A stretch of 63,992 nt of DNA, the filler included, from Hyphochytrium catenoides (lineage: Eukaryota; Protista; Hyphochytriomycota): assembly GCA_900088475.1 (NCBI GenBank). It is 16 parts of 16 records of this genome, joined end to end, with 100 filler letters (N's around TTAATTAATTAA, not from the genome) between each part and the next. Parts side by side here need not be neighbours in the genome. Positions count along the whole stretch, not along the records: positions 13,208 to 15,562 come from FLMG01002931.1; positions 15,663 to 23,715 come from FLMG01001372.1; positions 23,816 to 24,910 come from FLMG01000034.1; positions 25,011 to 39,489 come from FLMG01001539.1; 12 more parts are not named here. One strand, given 5' to 3'. The notes beneath the pieces are model-generated. The model did not search any database. It had not been told where the DNA came from and saw only the letters and a list, made by a program, of their open reading frames with translations. The position numbers and the translations under genes are program-made. Shown here piece by piece: positions 13,208-25,858 of the stretch (the first letter of the stretch is position 1; every line of letters starts with the position of its first letter).

Positions 13208-15156
13208 TTACCAGACAGCGGTTCCCGAAGAAGGCCAGTGGACAAACTACTCAACCACTGGAGCTTGTACACACCGACGTTGGGGTTGTCAACGTGCCCA
13301 GTTTGGAAGGTTATCGCTACTGTGTTGTGTTTGTCGATGACTACTCTCGCAGAGTCTTCTTGTACTGTTTGAAGGCGAAAGGTGAAGTTATGGCAGCGCT
13401 GCGAACGTTCGTCCAGATGGCTGAAACACAGACTGGTCTACGCCTAAAAAAAGCGACTTCAAACTGGTTTACGACTGAAGAATTTTCGGAGTGACAGAGG
13501 CGGCGAGTACTGCTCCGCGGAGATGAAGACTTTCTGTGAGGAGAGGGGAGTCATTCATGAGCTTTCAGCCCCATACTCTCCGTCACAAAATGGTGTAGCA
13601 GAGCGCAGACAGCGAACTCTGGTGGAAACAGCCCGATGCATGCTCCTCGCTTCAGGACTTCCGCACAACTTGTGGGCGGCGGGCACTGAAGACGGCAGTC
13701 TACATCAGCAACAAGTCCCCTACATCTGCTTTAGATGGACTGACACCGCATGAGAAGTGGTTTTTTGGTAGCCCGCCATATTGGATATCTTCGCGTTTTT
13801 GGCTGTGTCTCGTTTGGTCTTGTCCCAAAGCGGGACCCCCGCAAGCTGGATCCGAAGGCGAAGAACTACGCTCTCGTGGGTTATGGTTCTCACTCAAGAG
13901 CATATCGGCTATACGATTTTGGGACTCAGACTGTCATCGAGCGTCGAGATGTTGGCTTTGATGAAGCAACCGCAGCGAGTGGGACGGATCACGCTGGGTC
14001 TACTGAGAGCGACTCAGTGCTGTATGATATTTTTGAGGAGCTTGGGGAGAACTCTGACAACCCCGACGCAAATGATATCCCAGGGAATCCCGTGGGGATT
14101 CAATCCCAGAAAGGAAATCCCAAAAATTCATTATTCTTTAGGAACGCAGCACCAAGCAAGTGATCAAGTCCAAGACTCCGAACGCAGTGATTATTCAAAC
14201 AGTGAACAGTACTCTGAAGACTCGGACGACAAATCCTCGGAAGCATCGGAGGCATCAGACCCTGCAACCGCAGCAGACGCAGATACAAGCTTGGAAGTCG
14301 ACGAGTACGAGGACTGTGGTGAAACACCTGACCTCAGCTCTGTACCCCACTCAGCCTTGGCACAGAGGTACTCCCAGCAGGACTCGCTCTTAATGCGACC
14401 CGGAAGTCTCATCTGTTGGATTTTCAGGAACCAGCGACCTTAGAGGACGCGTTGGCCTCTCCTCAGGCAGTGGAGTAGCAAGAGGCAATCTCCAGCGAGG
14501 TACACTCCATGGAGCAGCACGGGGTATGGGAACTGGTTCCCCGCCCTCCTGGAACTAACATCGTAGGATGCCGCTGGGTCTTTAAGGTCAAGACCCACGC
14601 TGATGGGACCGTAGAGAGGTACAAAGCAAGATTAGTGGCACAAGGTTTTCGGCAGAAGGAGGGAATCGTTTATCAAGAAGTATTTGCTCCGACCATTGGA
14701 CATGAGTCCATTCGGTGCATCTTGTCACTTTCGACATGGAGATCCATCATATGGATATCAAGACTGCTTTCTTGCACGGCGAGCTGGAAGAAACGGTGTG
14801 TATATGAAGCAGCCTCCGGGATTCGCCCGTGCTGGTTCCCAAGATTCTGTCAAGCTGAAGAGAAGCATATACGAATTAAAGCAGAGCCCACGACAGTGGA
14901 ACAAGGTGATTGACGGGTATCTGAAGAAGCGTGGATTCCATCCCAGCATATGTGAGCCTTGGGTGTACATCCGAAACCGCACAGAGACAGACTCCAAGCT
15001 GCCCGAGATCATCACTCTATCTGTAGACGGTATGACGGCTGATGTTCTGACCAAGGGTCTTCCTTGGCCTCGTTTTCGTGAGTTTCGTGTCGCATTGGGC
15101 GTTCGTGGTGTTCTAAGAACTCCAGTACTCGCTAGATTGTTGGTGCTGAGGGGGAG
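13208..15156 (+). mobile_element. Degenerate Ty1/copia pol (integrase, RT, RNase H end) with polypurine tract
   Basis: LELVHTD, FVDDYSR, SDRGGEY, PSQNGVAER, KLDPKA, VGCRWVFKVK, YKARLVAQGF, LKQSPRQW and ADVLTKGL are present, with frameshifts, stops and an RT/RH deletion. PPT gagggggag at 15148-15156. Confidence 0.95.
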
Positions 15157-15265
15157 TATTAGATGTAGGGTCCAGTAGTATGGACGGCAGTCCCTATACT
15201 GTCCAAATCTCAGCTTCTAACTCTTTCTAGTTGCTGAGATATCGCCATTACAAGATAGCATAGTT

Positions 15266-15562
15266 TGTTGAGTGCTACAATGTTCGTTGTCAGTAGTACA
15301 GTAGTCACTCTCTATACACACCTAGCTCTCAGGGACATAGACGTTACAGGTACACCTGTGTTATGGGAAAGAGGGATGTGAGAAGAATTTTCCAGAAGAA
15401 CAAAGGAACAGCAGAGGAGAGAGAGAAGATGAGGGAAGCTGGGCCGAGCAAAGATCTCAAGACCAGACTCTCAGGACTCAGCAATGATTCAGAGAAATCT
15501 CATCATAAATCAATACCCAGTCCCTTTGTTATCGTTTCATCTAGATTGTGCTCATACAGAAG
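15266..15562 (+). repeat. LTR (TGTTGAG…) of the same family as 46663-47002, truncated by the linker
   Basis: About 300 bp align with 46663-46965, and the TG start is shared. Confidence 0.8.
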
Positions 15563-15879
15563 NNNNNNNNNNNNNNNNNNNNNNNNNNNNNNNNNNNNNN
15601 NNNNNNTTAATTAATTAANNNNNNNNNNNNNNNNNNNNNNNNNNNNNNNNNNNNNNNNNNNNAAGAAAGCAACTGTGGGGCTACCAAGGAGGGGGCGAGG
15701 AGATCGTTCGTCCTCCTCTCCAATAATTCGAGAGAGGAAAAGGTCTTGATCCAGCTCACGGTCAACAACCGCCGGGAGGGCGCTGTCAGGAGCAGGAGCA
15801 GCGGCAAGAGCAAGCAGGCGAAGAAGAAGCAGCAGAAAAGAGTGGGGAAGAAGAAGAGAGGGGAGAACGAAGAAGCGTG

Positions 15880-16450
15880 GAAGGCGGCGAGAAAGGGCGC
15901 AGAAGGCGGCAGTCTCGAAACGATCATACGGGCGGCCTCCTCGTGCAAAGCCAAAGACACCTGTCTCAATAAGCGATGGCGAAAGAAGTGTACATCACGC
16001 TCCAGAGGAACGGTCCGATCAGCCTGAGCAGCACAACAAATAGTATTGACAAAGGCTGCAACGGTGGCGGAGCCCCCACCAAAAGACTCCCAAACCAGAG
16101 GAAGGAAGTCGATTTGGTGGGCATTGCAAGCAGCTAGATACTTGTGGCGCTTACGATCCTCAACCACCGCCATCATCTGATATCCTGACCGNNNNNNNNN
16201 NNNNNNNNNNNNNNNNNNNNNNNNNNNNGCGGGAGGCACCTCCACCTGTGCGGCAGACCATCGCGTGGTCGCCGAAGATATCCATGTCAGCTCTTCGACA
16301 ACTCCCGCATACCACAGAGGCCTGAAGAAAAGGAAGACCAAGAAAACGTCGAAGCATAGCCCGAAACAGAACCGAGGACCGAGCCTTGTGCAGCAGCGCC
16401 CCACAGGGAGAAGCGGTGGTGAGGAAAGCCCCAGCATGAGGGAGAGAAAC
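15880..16450 (-). mobile_element. 3' part of a CRE-type non-LTR retrotransposon (zinc knuckle plus restriction-like endonuclease)
   Basis: CGSCRRADMDIFGDHAMVC knuckle; EDRKRHKY…FLPLVWESFGG…VSLAL RLE tail; internal N gap. Confidence 0.85.
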
Positions 16451-16949
16451 AGAACGAAGACGAGCCCGAGAAGCAGGAGAAGGTAGAGAAAGAAGACGGA
16501 GGTAATTTACGTTAATTACTACTTGATACTATAATTTGAAATAAAAGATGAAGAAAGAAGAAGGAGAAGAAGAAGAAGAAGGGTCCAGCAGTTCAGGATT
16601 ATTATCCCCAACATATAAACAATAAAGTACTACTAGCACTACTTAGCAAACTAATCTACTAGAAGTAGAAAGTGAAGAAGAAGAAGAAGAAGAGAAAGAG
16701 GAGAAGAAAAGCTAAGAAGCAGTAGGCTCTTCTTCCACCACCTCAGCTCGACCCTGCTCCCTGCTCATCATCAGTAAAGGAAGAATCATAGTTGATTTCC
16801 TCAGTAATGATAATAAAGCGAAGAAGGAGGAGGAAGAAGAGTGGTGAGCCACCAGCAACCTTGTCATCACCCTCGAGCTCACCCGTCTCGAGACAAGCAA
16901 GAAGAGAAGGGTCCAGCGGCCTTGCTGTTCAGGAAGAATGCGCTTCAAG

Positions 16950-19800
16950 ATTTGAAGTGCGTTTTCTTCGTGAATGGCTGAGGTCATTCGTGTATGACGG
17001 CGTGAGCCCATAGCTAAGCGAGACCAATGACCAATATACCGAGAAGCATCAAGAGCAGAGCGGTCACATTGAAGCTTCACCAGGTCCCACACAATCAACG
17101 ATGCCTTCTTCTTGCATAGCTCCCCCAAACGACTCCCAAACTAGCGGAATAAACTGCAGTCCCTACAGCCTTACAAGGAACCTCATACTTTATGAGCTTC
17201 GCCTTCTCAGACAAACGACCGGTAGCGGCATGGACTGCTCCATAAGAAAGGGATCTAGATTACAGCGAGTCCGTGATGGACACATCGAAAGCTGTATGTT
17301 GATAAGAGTCCGAGAAGCAACGAACCAACAGGTCTCCCGGTTTCAGGTTTGACCCCAGAATGGGGTGACGGGATTTGCGAGTGATTTTGAGGCCAGAGTC
17401 CCCCCAAAAGCATGAAATAGAATGTCTTGAACACGACGATGACGCTGATTAGCACCACTCTCCTGCCACAGACGATGCCATGATCTCCATTAACATCCAA
17501 AGGGCAAGAGCAGGTATGACAAGAAAGAGAGACAGAAGACCGCACAAGAGGGATTCCTAAGAAGCGCCACAGCATGACCCGGAATACATACCAAAAAAGA
17601 CGACGAAACCCTCAACTGCAGAGAAGTTGCACGTAAGCGAGCCCTCGCGCGCAGGTTTAAGTCAGCACGAGACAACAGGGCCTTGGCAGAGGCCGACCAA
17701 ACAAAACGTGATAGATAATGCTGAAGTTTAGTCTTCTCTTCTCGAGAGATGAGACGAGAGAAGGGCACACGCCCTTCCGCGCCATGGACTTCAAGCGTTT
17801 TCCAGAAGGCGTCGAGCAACTCGTCAGCTAACCGTAGAGAGTAACCCTCGGCTTCCGGCATGCGTAGCAGGTGTTTGATCAACTGGGCCGAGGCACCCAT
17901 GGACCCACTGTAAGCAGGAATCGCCAGGCAGGCGACAGACGCAAGACCCAGGCCGCCCAGGCGGACGGGGAGGATAGCTTGCTGCCAAACTGCCTCCGGA
18001 AGAGAAGGAAGGCCCAGTAGTCGAGCGAGGAAAGCTCGTAGACGGAGGTCGAAGTTAGAGCACAGAGAGGCCACTTGAGGAGATGGACAGCCGCGAAGCA
18101 AGTGGTTAATCTTGGCAAAACCGAGACAACCGCGAAACAGACAAAGTTGGGTCTGAGGAGAGGGTACAAGGCTAAGCATCGCATCGACAGCATCCAGACG
18201 AGAGAGGACAGAAGATGCATACGAAGACACGAAGGGGTCAGAGCCAATGGGAACACCTAATAGTTCCACACCATCCACACTGACTAGGCGAGAGACCGCC
18301 GCAGGAAAAAGCGGAAGACGCGCCGGGTCCAAATTAGGCCACCATAGTTCGCACTTGCCAAGGTTAAGCTCCAAGCCAATATATGGGCTACGTTCTTCAA
18401 GAATGGCAAAGGCCGCGGCGACATCATCGACCGAGCCAAAAAGAGTTCCATCATCGAGATACCATGCGTGAAGGTCCAGAGAATGAACAGACACAGCGAT
18501 ATCAGTGACGATGGGATGGAGAGCTAATGCGAAAAGCAAAGGACCGAGAGGGTAGCCTTGCTGGACACCGCAGGAACTGGCAAGCAGATCAGAGCCGTGA
18601 AACAGATGGGACGGGGTAGAATAACAATAGGTGACCCAAGGGAGAAGAGAGGGAAAGTGCTCACTGACGCCCTCCAAGATGGCCAAACGGTGTACCGAGT
18701 TCAAGGCATCTTGAAGTCAACCTTCAACATGAGCTTATCCTCGTCGTCACCAAAATCAGTGACGACCTTGCGGACAGCATGAGTGACACTTTCTGCGCCG
18801 GCAGGGACCGCAACGCCCACCTGGAGGGGAGAGAAGAGAGACAAGGCTTGGGACTTCACGATGTCGTCACAGCAGCACTTCGACACCAATCGCCAAAGAG
18901 TTTCGCCAACGGCGATGGTGGGGCGAAGGCCGCCATCTGTCTTGGTCAAACCAAACAGTGGAGCACCAGCGAGAAAAGGAGAAGTGCAAGGCCCTGGGCC
19001 AGCAGGAGAGATGTCAATGCTGACCGAGAAAGACATAGGGCTTCGCGGACGACGGGAGAATGTGTGAAAAGACAGAGGTCTTTGAGATTCTGAGGCCGCA
19101 GCTGAGAGACGCCAGCAGCGGAGCCGCCAGGAGAGAAGGAAGCCTGGCTAGCGGTGATAGAAGAGGAGAGAAAGCATCGTCGTGAGGAGGCAGGAAAGAG
19201 GCCGGGGAGAGAGGATTAGCAGGGAAAGGAATGGCAGCACCCAAGGGGTGCTTGGCGCGGAGGATAGAGAGAATTTCCTACGAAGGAATGGCAATACCGT
19301 CAGACACTAGGGCAGCAACAGCTTTTGCAAACAAACCATCTTCGGCCAGTTTGGAAGCTCGTCGGATCTTTGCTTGGACAGAGGAGCTCCCAATGGTGGA
19401 AGGGTCGCTAGCTGCCCGGGGTAAGGGCAGTGTAGGGAGAAAATGGCAGGCAGTCATAGCTTCATTCCAAAGGGCCCAGTAAGCACCGGCTCGCCACCGA
19501 CCGAGGCGGTCTAGGACCAACTGAGATGAGCTGACGTTCTAGCGCGGCGACGTTTGGAGACCCCACGCAGGGCGGGACCACCGGAGAACTGCCTTGGGAA
19601 AGAGGAGGAGGAGAGACCATGAGCATGTGGAATTTGGAGAAACACAGGTTTTCATAAGAGAACCAAAGCTGACGGCACATTCTTCATTCAGGATGGAGGA
19701 GGGGATCTTGCGGATGGACCTGCAGGTGAGCTGGCAGATGTCCATAAGAGAAGGAAGGCGAGGCTCGGACGGCAGGGAGAGGTCAGGAAAGGAGTAAGAA
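16950..19800 (-). mobile_element. Degenerate CRE-clade non-LTR retrotransposon (RT, knuckle, RLE)
   Basis: GGLRPTIAVGETLWRLVSK, PLQVGVAVPAGAE, LKVDFK, GVQQGYPLGPLLF, WYLDDG, GLELNLGKC, LPVRLGGLGL, CHTC…DHGIVC, FIPLVWESFGG; several frameshifts. Confidence 0.92.
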
Positions 19801-19974
19801 GAAACCAGAGAGAGAAGTGCCGGAGTGGGGAGAGGGTGTAAGGAGAAACCTCCTCCTTACGCAAGCATGTTGTCCTCTAAGACTCTCTATTTTTCTAAAA
19901 AATGATTAATGCTCATTCATAGATATTCCTCGTCTCTCACACTCGAACTCCTTACATTTGGTAGCTGGGCCAAT

Positions 19975-20284
19975 AGCGGTTTGCCTCGCTGGCAGCCCTA
20001 TCCACCACCTTCAACAATTTGGTCACGCTGGTGCCGGCCATGACCGCCGAGGAGAAGCTCTCGCTCATTCTACATGCCCTACCACTGTTCGTTCGGCCCT
20101 TAGTGGAAGTGATGGAACCGACACGCGTCGCGGATGCGCAGCGTTGAGCTTTGTTGGTGGAGGCCGCAGGACGGTGGTAGGGTATGTAGAAAGAGCGAGA
20201 GCTTCTCCTCGGCGGTCATGGCCGGCACCAGCGTGACCAAATTGTTGAATGTGGTGGATAGGGCTGCCAGCGAGGCAAACCGCT
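19975..20284. repeat. Fold-back inverted repeat with ~120-bp arms (19975-20098 / 20162-20284)
   Basis: The arms are reverse complements with few mismatches, and the ORF track shows near-identical peptides on both strands. Confidence 0.93.
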
Positions 20285-21852
20285 GCAACAGCCACGTGGT
20301 GGTCCCACGGGACCACCCCGTCATCCTGCAGCCACCTTCCCTCCCGTCCCACTGAAAGGGAGGCCTCGGCCAACGAGGAAGAGTCCCGACCGCCTACCGC
20401 TAATAATAATAAAATGCGCTGCCTCGGTTGGCTCCCCTCACCCCAGCAGAACGAGAACGCATTCTTCGGACGGGAGGCTGCTTCCATTGGAGAGAAGATG
20501 GCCACCTGAGCCGGGACTGCCCGCGCTTCACCAACGAGCGGGGAGGACAAGGACCGTGCCACCGCGACCCAAATGGGTCAATCCAGAACTGAGTGGGCGA
20601 CGTTCTGGAAGTCAAATACTTTGTAAAGTACTTACAGCGCCAACTCAATGACCTTACTCGCCAAAGGGTCTATCAGGCCTTCGGCGCCCCTGTCCTTTGT
20701 ATTCGCAAGCCAGAGGTAGCCACCCAAGGTTGGACATTACAACCACGTCATTAGCTTGCTGTTCATACATGACGCTTCTTCAATTGTTAGGATTGTAAAA
20801 AGGAGGAGGATGGTTGGGGATGGTCAATCTTTGCAGATCCCATTGTGGCCAATATGGCTAGTGGAAGGCGATGGCTATGAGAATCTCCTTCTTGCCTAAG
20901 CTTTTGTAGCAAGACTTCTTTGTCGTTTCATTTGAGGTCGTGCTAATCGAAATGATAGAGTGTGGCAGCAACCTCGTTTTCCTATCCCCCTTTCCATGAA
21001 GGTTGGACATTACCCCCCATGTCAGGTTCAGAGTTGGGCTTTAGGCTGATGGTGGTGGAACTTTGGCAGATCCATTGTGGGCAATATGGCTTCTGAAGGA
21101 AGGCATTGGTCATTGGTCATGGGGATTGTTCTTCCTTTATTTACTTTCTTGCCCTCAAATCCCTAGTAGTTATACAGAAACATTAGATCTGTTGTATAAC
21201 TAGTACTGCACTAATCGTAGCGTAACCTACCCTCGCCTTTATAAGCAAGAAGTTCCTTCATTATTGGGACTCTTGTTCACCAATTATTGTCCCCTTCAGT
21301 TCTCAGGGCTTCTCCATTCCGGCGCCAACAAAGATCACTCCCAGAAATGGCGCTAGAACCACACCACCTCAGTGGCCCTCCATCACCCTGTCTCGTGCCA
21401 GGAATTGTTGAAGTTCTCATGTTCAATTCTCAGACAACCCATAGATTTGCTGGTCATAATAAAGAACGAATGGGCTATTCCTTTTTGTGAGAACTAAGGC
21501 TATAAAATTATATTAAGAAAATAATAAGGCTATGAACAAAGCTACTATGAAAAAGAGAAGAGAGACGAATCTCTAGGAGCTAATAATAAGGGAGTGCGGA
21601 AACGCGAGGTGCTGGCTCACAATAGCGTCTGAGAGGTGCTCTGGAAAAATAATGACAGATAAAAGCTTCTTGTATCCTGTAAGTATACTTAACAAGTATC
21701 ATAAGTACTTTGTTGACCTTTCCTCAACATAAGATTTGGGAGCATAATAAGTGGGATTACAACAAGAACGATGTGTGTTTAGAACGATGTGTGTTTGCTC
21801 AGACCTCCAGCTACTTTCTTTTCAGAAAAAATTCTCTTCTGGGCCTGTCCAC

Positions 21853-21872
21853 GGGCCCTTCGGGCCCTTTTT
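21853..21872 (+). other. GC hairpin plus T-tract (GGGCCC-TTC-GGGCCC-TTTTT) between two gcctgtccacg direct repeats
   Basis: Read directly from the sequence. It resembles an intrinsic terminator; function unknown. Confidence 0.4.
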
Positions 21873-22052
21873 GCCTGTCCACGCATGGGCCAGTAGCCCG
21901 TATCGTTTATGGATGTGGTTTGTACCTTCACTTTGAGTGCTGAGTTGAGGCTCAGTCCTTTTTTCTTGGAAAGTCATTATCAAATTTTCCAACTAACACG
22001 GCCACAAGAGGAGCAAGAAGGCACAACGTATGCCAACACCAACACCAACACC

Positions 22053-23369
22053 ATGCTATCAATAGAAGACACGAAGCAGATTACACATGAGTTTTTAAGT
22101 ACTGTCAATCTCACGTACCTCGGTCTTTTTGGAGTGGTATCAACCATTGTGAGGTTTATGCGAAGCTACCTCCGCATTGTAGGACTCGATTGGTGGGGTC
22201 TCTTGGGCATTCCTGTGTCTTCGAGCAACTTCGGTCTCTATCTGGCTGTGCTCTTTGAGTTTACTACTGTTTCTATGGCTATTGCTTCGGTCTTTCGCAA
22301 TGAGCGCCGCGACACTCTTGAAGCACTCCTGCTCTGCATTGACGCCTTCTCTGGTGCAATGCCATTGCTTTTCGCTGGGGTGCGAAGACTAGAAATAACA
22401 ATCGCTTGTTTGTCAGCTCTATTTCTTTTGGCTTACTATATCTCCTTGGGAGTAGCGATTATTATGGCATACGCTGATGGGCCGGATATGGAAGGGTATC
22501 AGGCGGCAAAAGGCGCATTAGTATGTTGGATCATAATCGGTCTCACCGAGTATGCAAACGGATATCACGAGGACGATTGCCTGCACAAACTCATTCAATT
22601 CATTGTTCGAGTAGGTTGTGAGTTGGTAGATATATTGGTAGATATATCGATCAGATATCTTTTTGTGTGGTATCAAACAACGGAAATCTACGTATACACC
22701 AACGTTGCTATCTACAAAGACAAGGCTTATGGAATGACTGTCGCCACACAAACGGCGGACCCTAACACCGTTCGCACTGTGGATGATGCGCGAAAGTTGA
22801 AGGAGCCCATGTTTCGTATCTCGAAACTCTATTTTATCATACTGCCGGTATGTGCCCATTGCTTACTGGTATTGTGTGTCTCGGAGCGCATCGGATATTG
22901 GGAGCTTGTTTTTGATACTACCGGGGATTACCTTGCTGTAGCATGGCACACGTTTTCAATGTTTGGCGGCATTGGATTTATTCTTGATCTCATCAGCTTC
23001 ATATATTCCCGTATCTGTTGTGGACAAGGCGTCAGTTCACGGGAAGCAGCAGCAGACATGGAAGCAGATGCGCAAGCGGCCAATGTATACGTGGATATCG
23101 CAGATTTGGATTTGGCCAATGTGGGTCTCGAAGACAGCGGCCGTAAATCGTGCTTTAAATTGTGCAGTGCCGCCTGTCGTGAGTGCGCTCGGCAAAGTAA
23201 GGCAAATAAGCCTAGGGCGGAAGCGTTCGACAATAAGGGTAAGACGATATGCATAATATACCACCTCCTCAAGAACGCAAGACCTCAGCCACAAGGAGAA
23301 CTGCTGCGAGAATTTCGCGAAACCAGAACGTTTCTGTGCTACAAGGAGATGCAGGATATACCTCATTGA
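22053..23369 (+). CDS. Intronless orphan polytopic membrane protein (~438 aa, ~7-8 hydrophobic segments, Cys-rich tail)
   Basis: Long uninterrupted ORF; ATG in caacaccATG context; no microsatellites; no family recognised. Confidence 0.7.
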   Translation: MLSIEDTKQITHEFLSTVNLTYLGLFGVVSTIVRFMRSYLRIVGLDWWGLLGIPVSSSNFGLYLAVLFEFTTVSMAIASVFRNERRDTLEALLLCIDAFSGAMPLLFAGVRRLEITIACLSALFLLAYYISLGVAIIMAYADGPDMEGYQAAKGALVCWIIIGLTEYANGYHEDDCLHKLIQFIVRVGCELVDILVDISIRYLFVWYQTTEIYVYTNVAIYKDKAYGMTVATQTADPNTVRTVDDARKLKEPMFRISKLYFIILPVCAHCLLVLCVSERIGYWELVFDTTGDYLAVAWHTFSMFGGIGFILDLISFIYSRICCGQGVSSREAAADMEADAQAANVYVDIADLDLANVGLEDSGRKSCFKLCSAACRECARQSKANKPRAEAFDNKGKTICIIYHLLKNARPQPQGELLREFRETRTFLCYKEMQDIPH

Positions 23370-23499
23370 AGTGCTTAACTGACTGTAGTAGCGCACCCCA
23401 GATGGTGAAAAGTCATAAAAATTATTAAATAAAATGGACTTTTCAAAATAACAAAACGCGGCCAATGGCAAAACTTGGAAACAATAACCCATATATTAG

Positions 23500-23715
23500 G
23501 CCTGCCTTCCCATCAACTTGCTAGCCCACCCGTGGCGGTTGAGCGCTCTCTTCGAGCCCTCTACGATGATGACATGGGGTTGCCGGAGCAGTCGGAGGAG
23601 CGCCATAACTTCCTCCACCTTGCTGGTGACAAGGACTTGCAGCATAAATTCTGCTCCCGTCTCTGGAAATAAACGCGCTTACCTCCGTCTTCTTTCTCTT
23701 CCTTCTCCTGCTTCT
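23500..23715 (+). mobile_element. Fragment of a CRE-type element (post-RT region)
   Basis: …DKDLQHKFCSRLWK parallels KTKLQHYLSRFVWS in the 17490-18704 ORF. Confidence 0.45.
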
Positions 23716-24269
23716 NNNNNNNNNNNNNNNNNNNNNNNNNNNNNNNNNNNNNNNNNNNNTTAATTAATTAANNNNNNNNNNNNNNNNNNNNNNNNNNNNN
23801 NNNNNNNNNNNNNNNAGAAGTAAAGGCGTATCCTACGTCACAGACAGGCAGAGATGAGAAATAGGAGATCAGGGAGAAGAAAGCAACGCAGATAATGTTG
23901 CAGAGCTTTGTGAAGGAAGGGTGCTAACAGAGACCCAAATGGCACCGACAAAGACAGCGGAGGACAAGAACAAGCACGAGGAGGATATGCTCCGCAAAAA
24001 AGAGCAAAGGCCCTGCTTCACGAGCTAGCCAATAAGAGAGACGAGAGTAGATCAAGTACAAGGGACATAAGATAAAGTCAAGAGCTTTGTTTGCCGCGGT
24101 GCCAAGCATTCAAAGAGAGTTTATCGGTACCGGTAGTGCCTCATTGAATAAGTAGGCGTTAAAGATCTGAGGAAGACGGGTCTCTCTGTTTGACTGTTCC
24201 TCTAAACCGTCCGGTAATGAAAGATCATAAGAACAGGTAGGAGGAGGGATGAGGTCAGTCCTTGTCTCA

Positions 24270-24910
24270 TACTTCGGAATAGCACTCCGGCCCACTACCT
24301 AGTTGTAAAGCTCTCCACACTAGAGATGAGATAGTCAGCATCTTGGAGAGCAGAAGGGAGCAGCTCGTGATGAATTGGTGCATTGGACCATGGACTCTAC
24401 TGGGGTCCACTTCCCATCTCGCAGCTCTCAACGCCTGCGATAAGCGAGGGAGCATTAGCTTACAAGAATCTAAGCCTTGGTGATTTTTTAAGTAGAGGAG
24501 GAAGACATCGAGGCAAAGCTGAAGGAAGACCTAACCTTCTGAGAGAAAGAGACGGAGGGCAGTGCGTAAGCGGAGTACCGAGAAAGTGAGAGACAGAGAG
24601 AGCAGCAGACCTTGTATTCTTCGCTGTTAGCGATTAGACCCCAGAGATTGGGTACCCCAACTCTCTGGAAACGCTGCACAAGGCGTTCGCTGAACCATTC
24701 AGCGACAACGGCCTGGAAGACGAGGGAAATAGACACGAGATGAATAGTAGCTTTTGAGATATCCATAGACCGGTAAGGAACAATGTGCAAAAGTTAGCTG
24801 ACAGGCAACAGCCGAAGAAGGGCAAGGGTAAGCTGGATCTCTGTCTCCCCGCGCTCTCTATCCCCGGGCAGAGCGCCAGCGTCGACGAGGGGATCTACCT
24901 GTAAGCCCTG
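24270..24910 (-). CDS. Exons of an unidentified intron-containing gene
   Basis: Open segments with plausible GT/AG sites (…ANSEEYK | VFLQLCLDVFLL…PECYSE); no family recognised. Confidence 0.35.
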
Positions 24911-25820
24911 NNNNNNNNNNNNNNNNNNNNNNNNNNNNNNNNNNNNNNNNNNNNTTAATTAATTAANNNNNNNNNNNNNNNNNNNNNNNNNNNNNNNNNN
25001 NNNNNNNNNNGAAGATTTGAAGAATGATAATGATAGGCGGCGACGAAGGATCATCATCATCACCACGAGGTGGTCTTGCTGTCAGCTTCCATTCACTGCG
25101 ACAAGGTTCCCTGGGGTCTTCCATGTTCGAGAAACGTTCTATTTCTATTATAGGATCAGAAGAAGACGGCCAACACAAGCGAGCACAAAGAAAACTATTC
25201 ATGTATATACGGAAGAAGAAAGAGGTAGGCAAATGTGATGAGAGCGCTATTTCTGAAAAAGGAGGAGGAGGAGGGTGCTTTACTCATCGATTACTCGCAT
25301 AACAATATCTAATCTTCTTCCACCACCGCCACGTACTCCTCAAGATATATCTCATCACGATGATTAACCTCATCATCATTTGACTTGTTGTTCTAGTGCC
25401 TCAACTATTGCCATTGCTCTGATCCTCCTGCAACAACATCATCTCTTCTGTCCTTGCTCCTCTTCTCTTCCTCTCCTCCCTGGCTGTGTTTTCTTCTTGT
25501 TATGACAGTGGTGGACAGAGCAGGTGGGTGGGAGTTCCGAGTAGTAGTACAGTGAGTATGACAAAGATTAGCACCGTCTCCCTCCCGGCCTTGGAGCTTC
25601 CCACCCACTCTCTCTTCTTGTACGTCGTAAAATTGATGAAAATTTCACAACCCAAATCCTCATTTTCTCCCTTTTGAGAATCCGCCGCCTAGGAGATTAC
25701 CACTGAGCGGTAGGAGGTAGGAGGGCAGAAAGGGCTTTTAGAGCAGAGTTGTGTCCGCTAAGGATCCATTGGATTGTCAGCAGCACTGCTGTAACGTCCA
25801 ACTAAAGGTCATCTCTCTCT

Positions 25821-25858
<38 letters not shown>

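Noticed and set aside
22053-23369. Microbial rhodopsin (RYLFVW, LDLISF resemble helix C/G motifs)
   Set aside because: There is no retinal-binding Lys, and the number of helices between the motifs is wrong.
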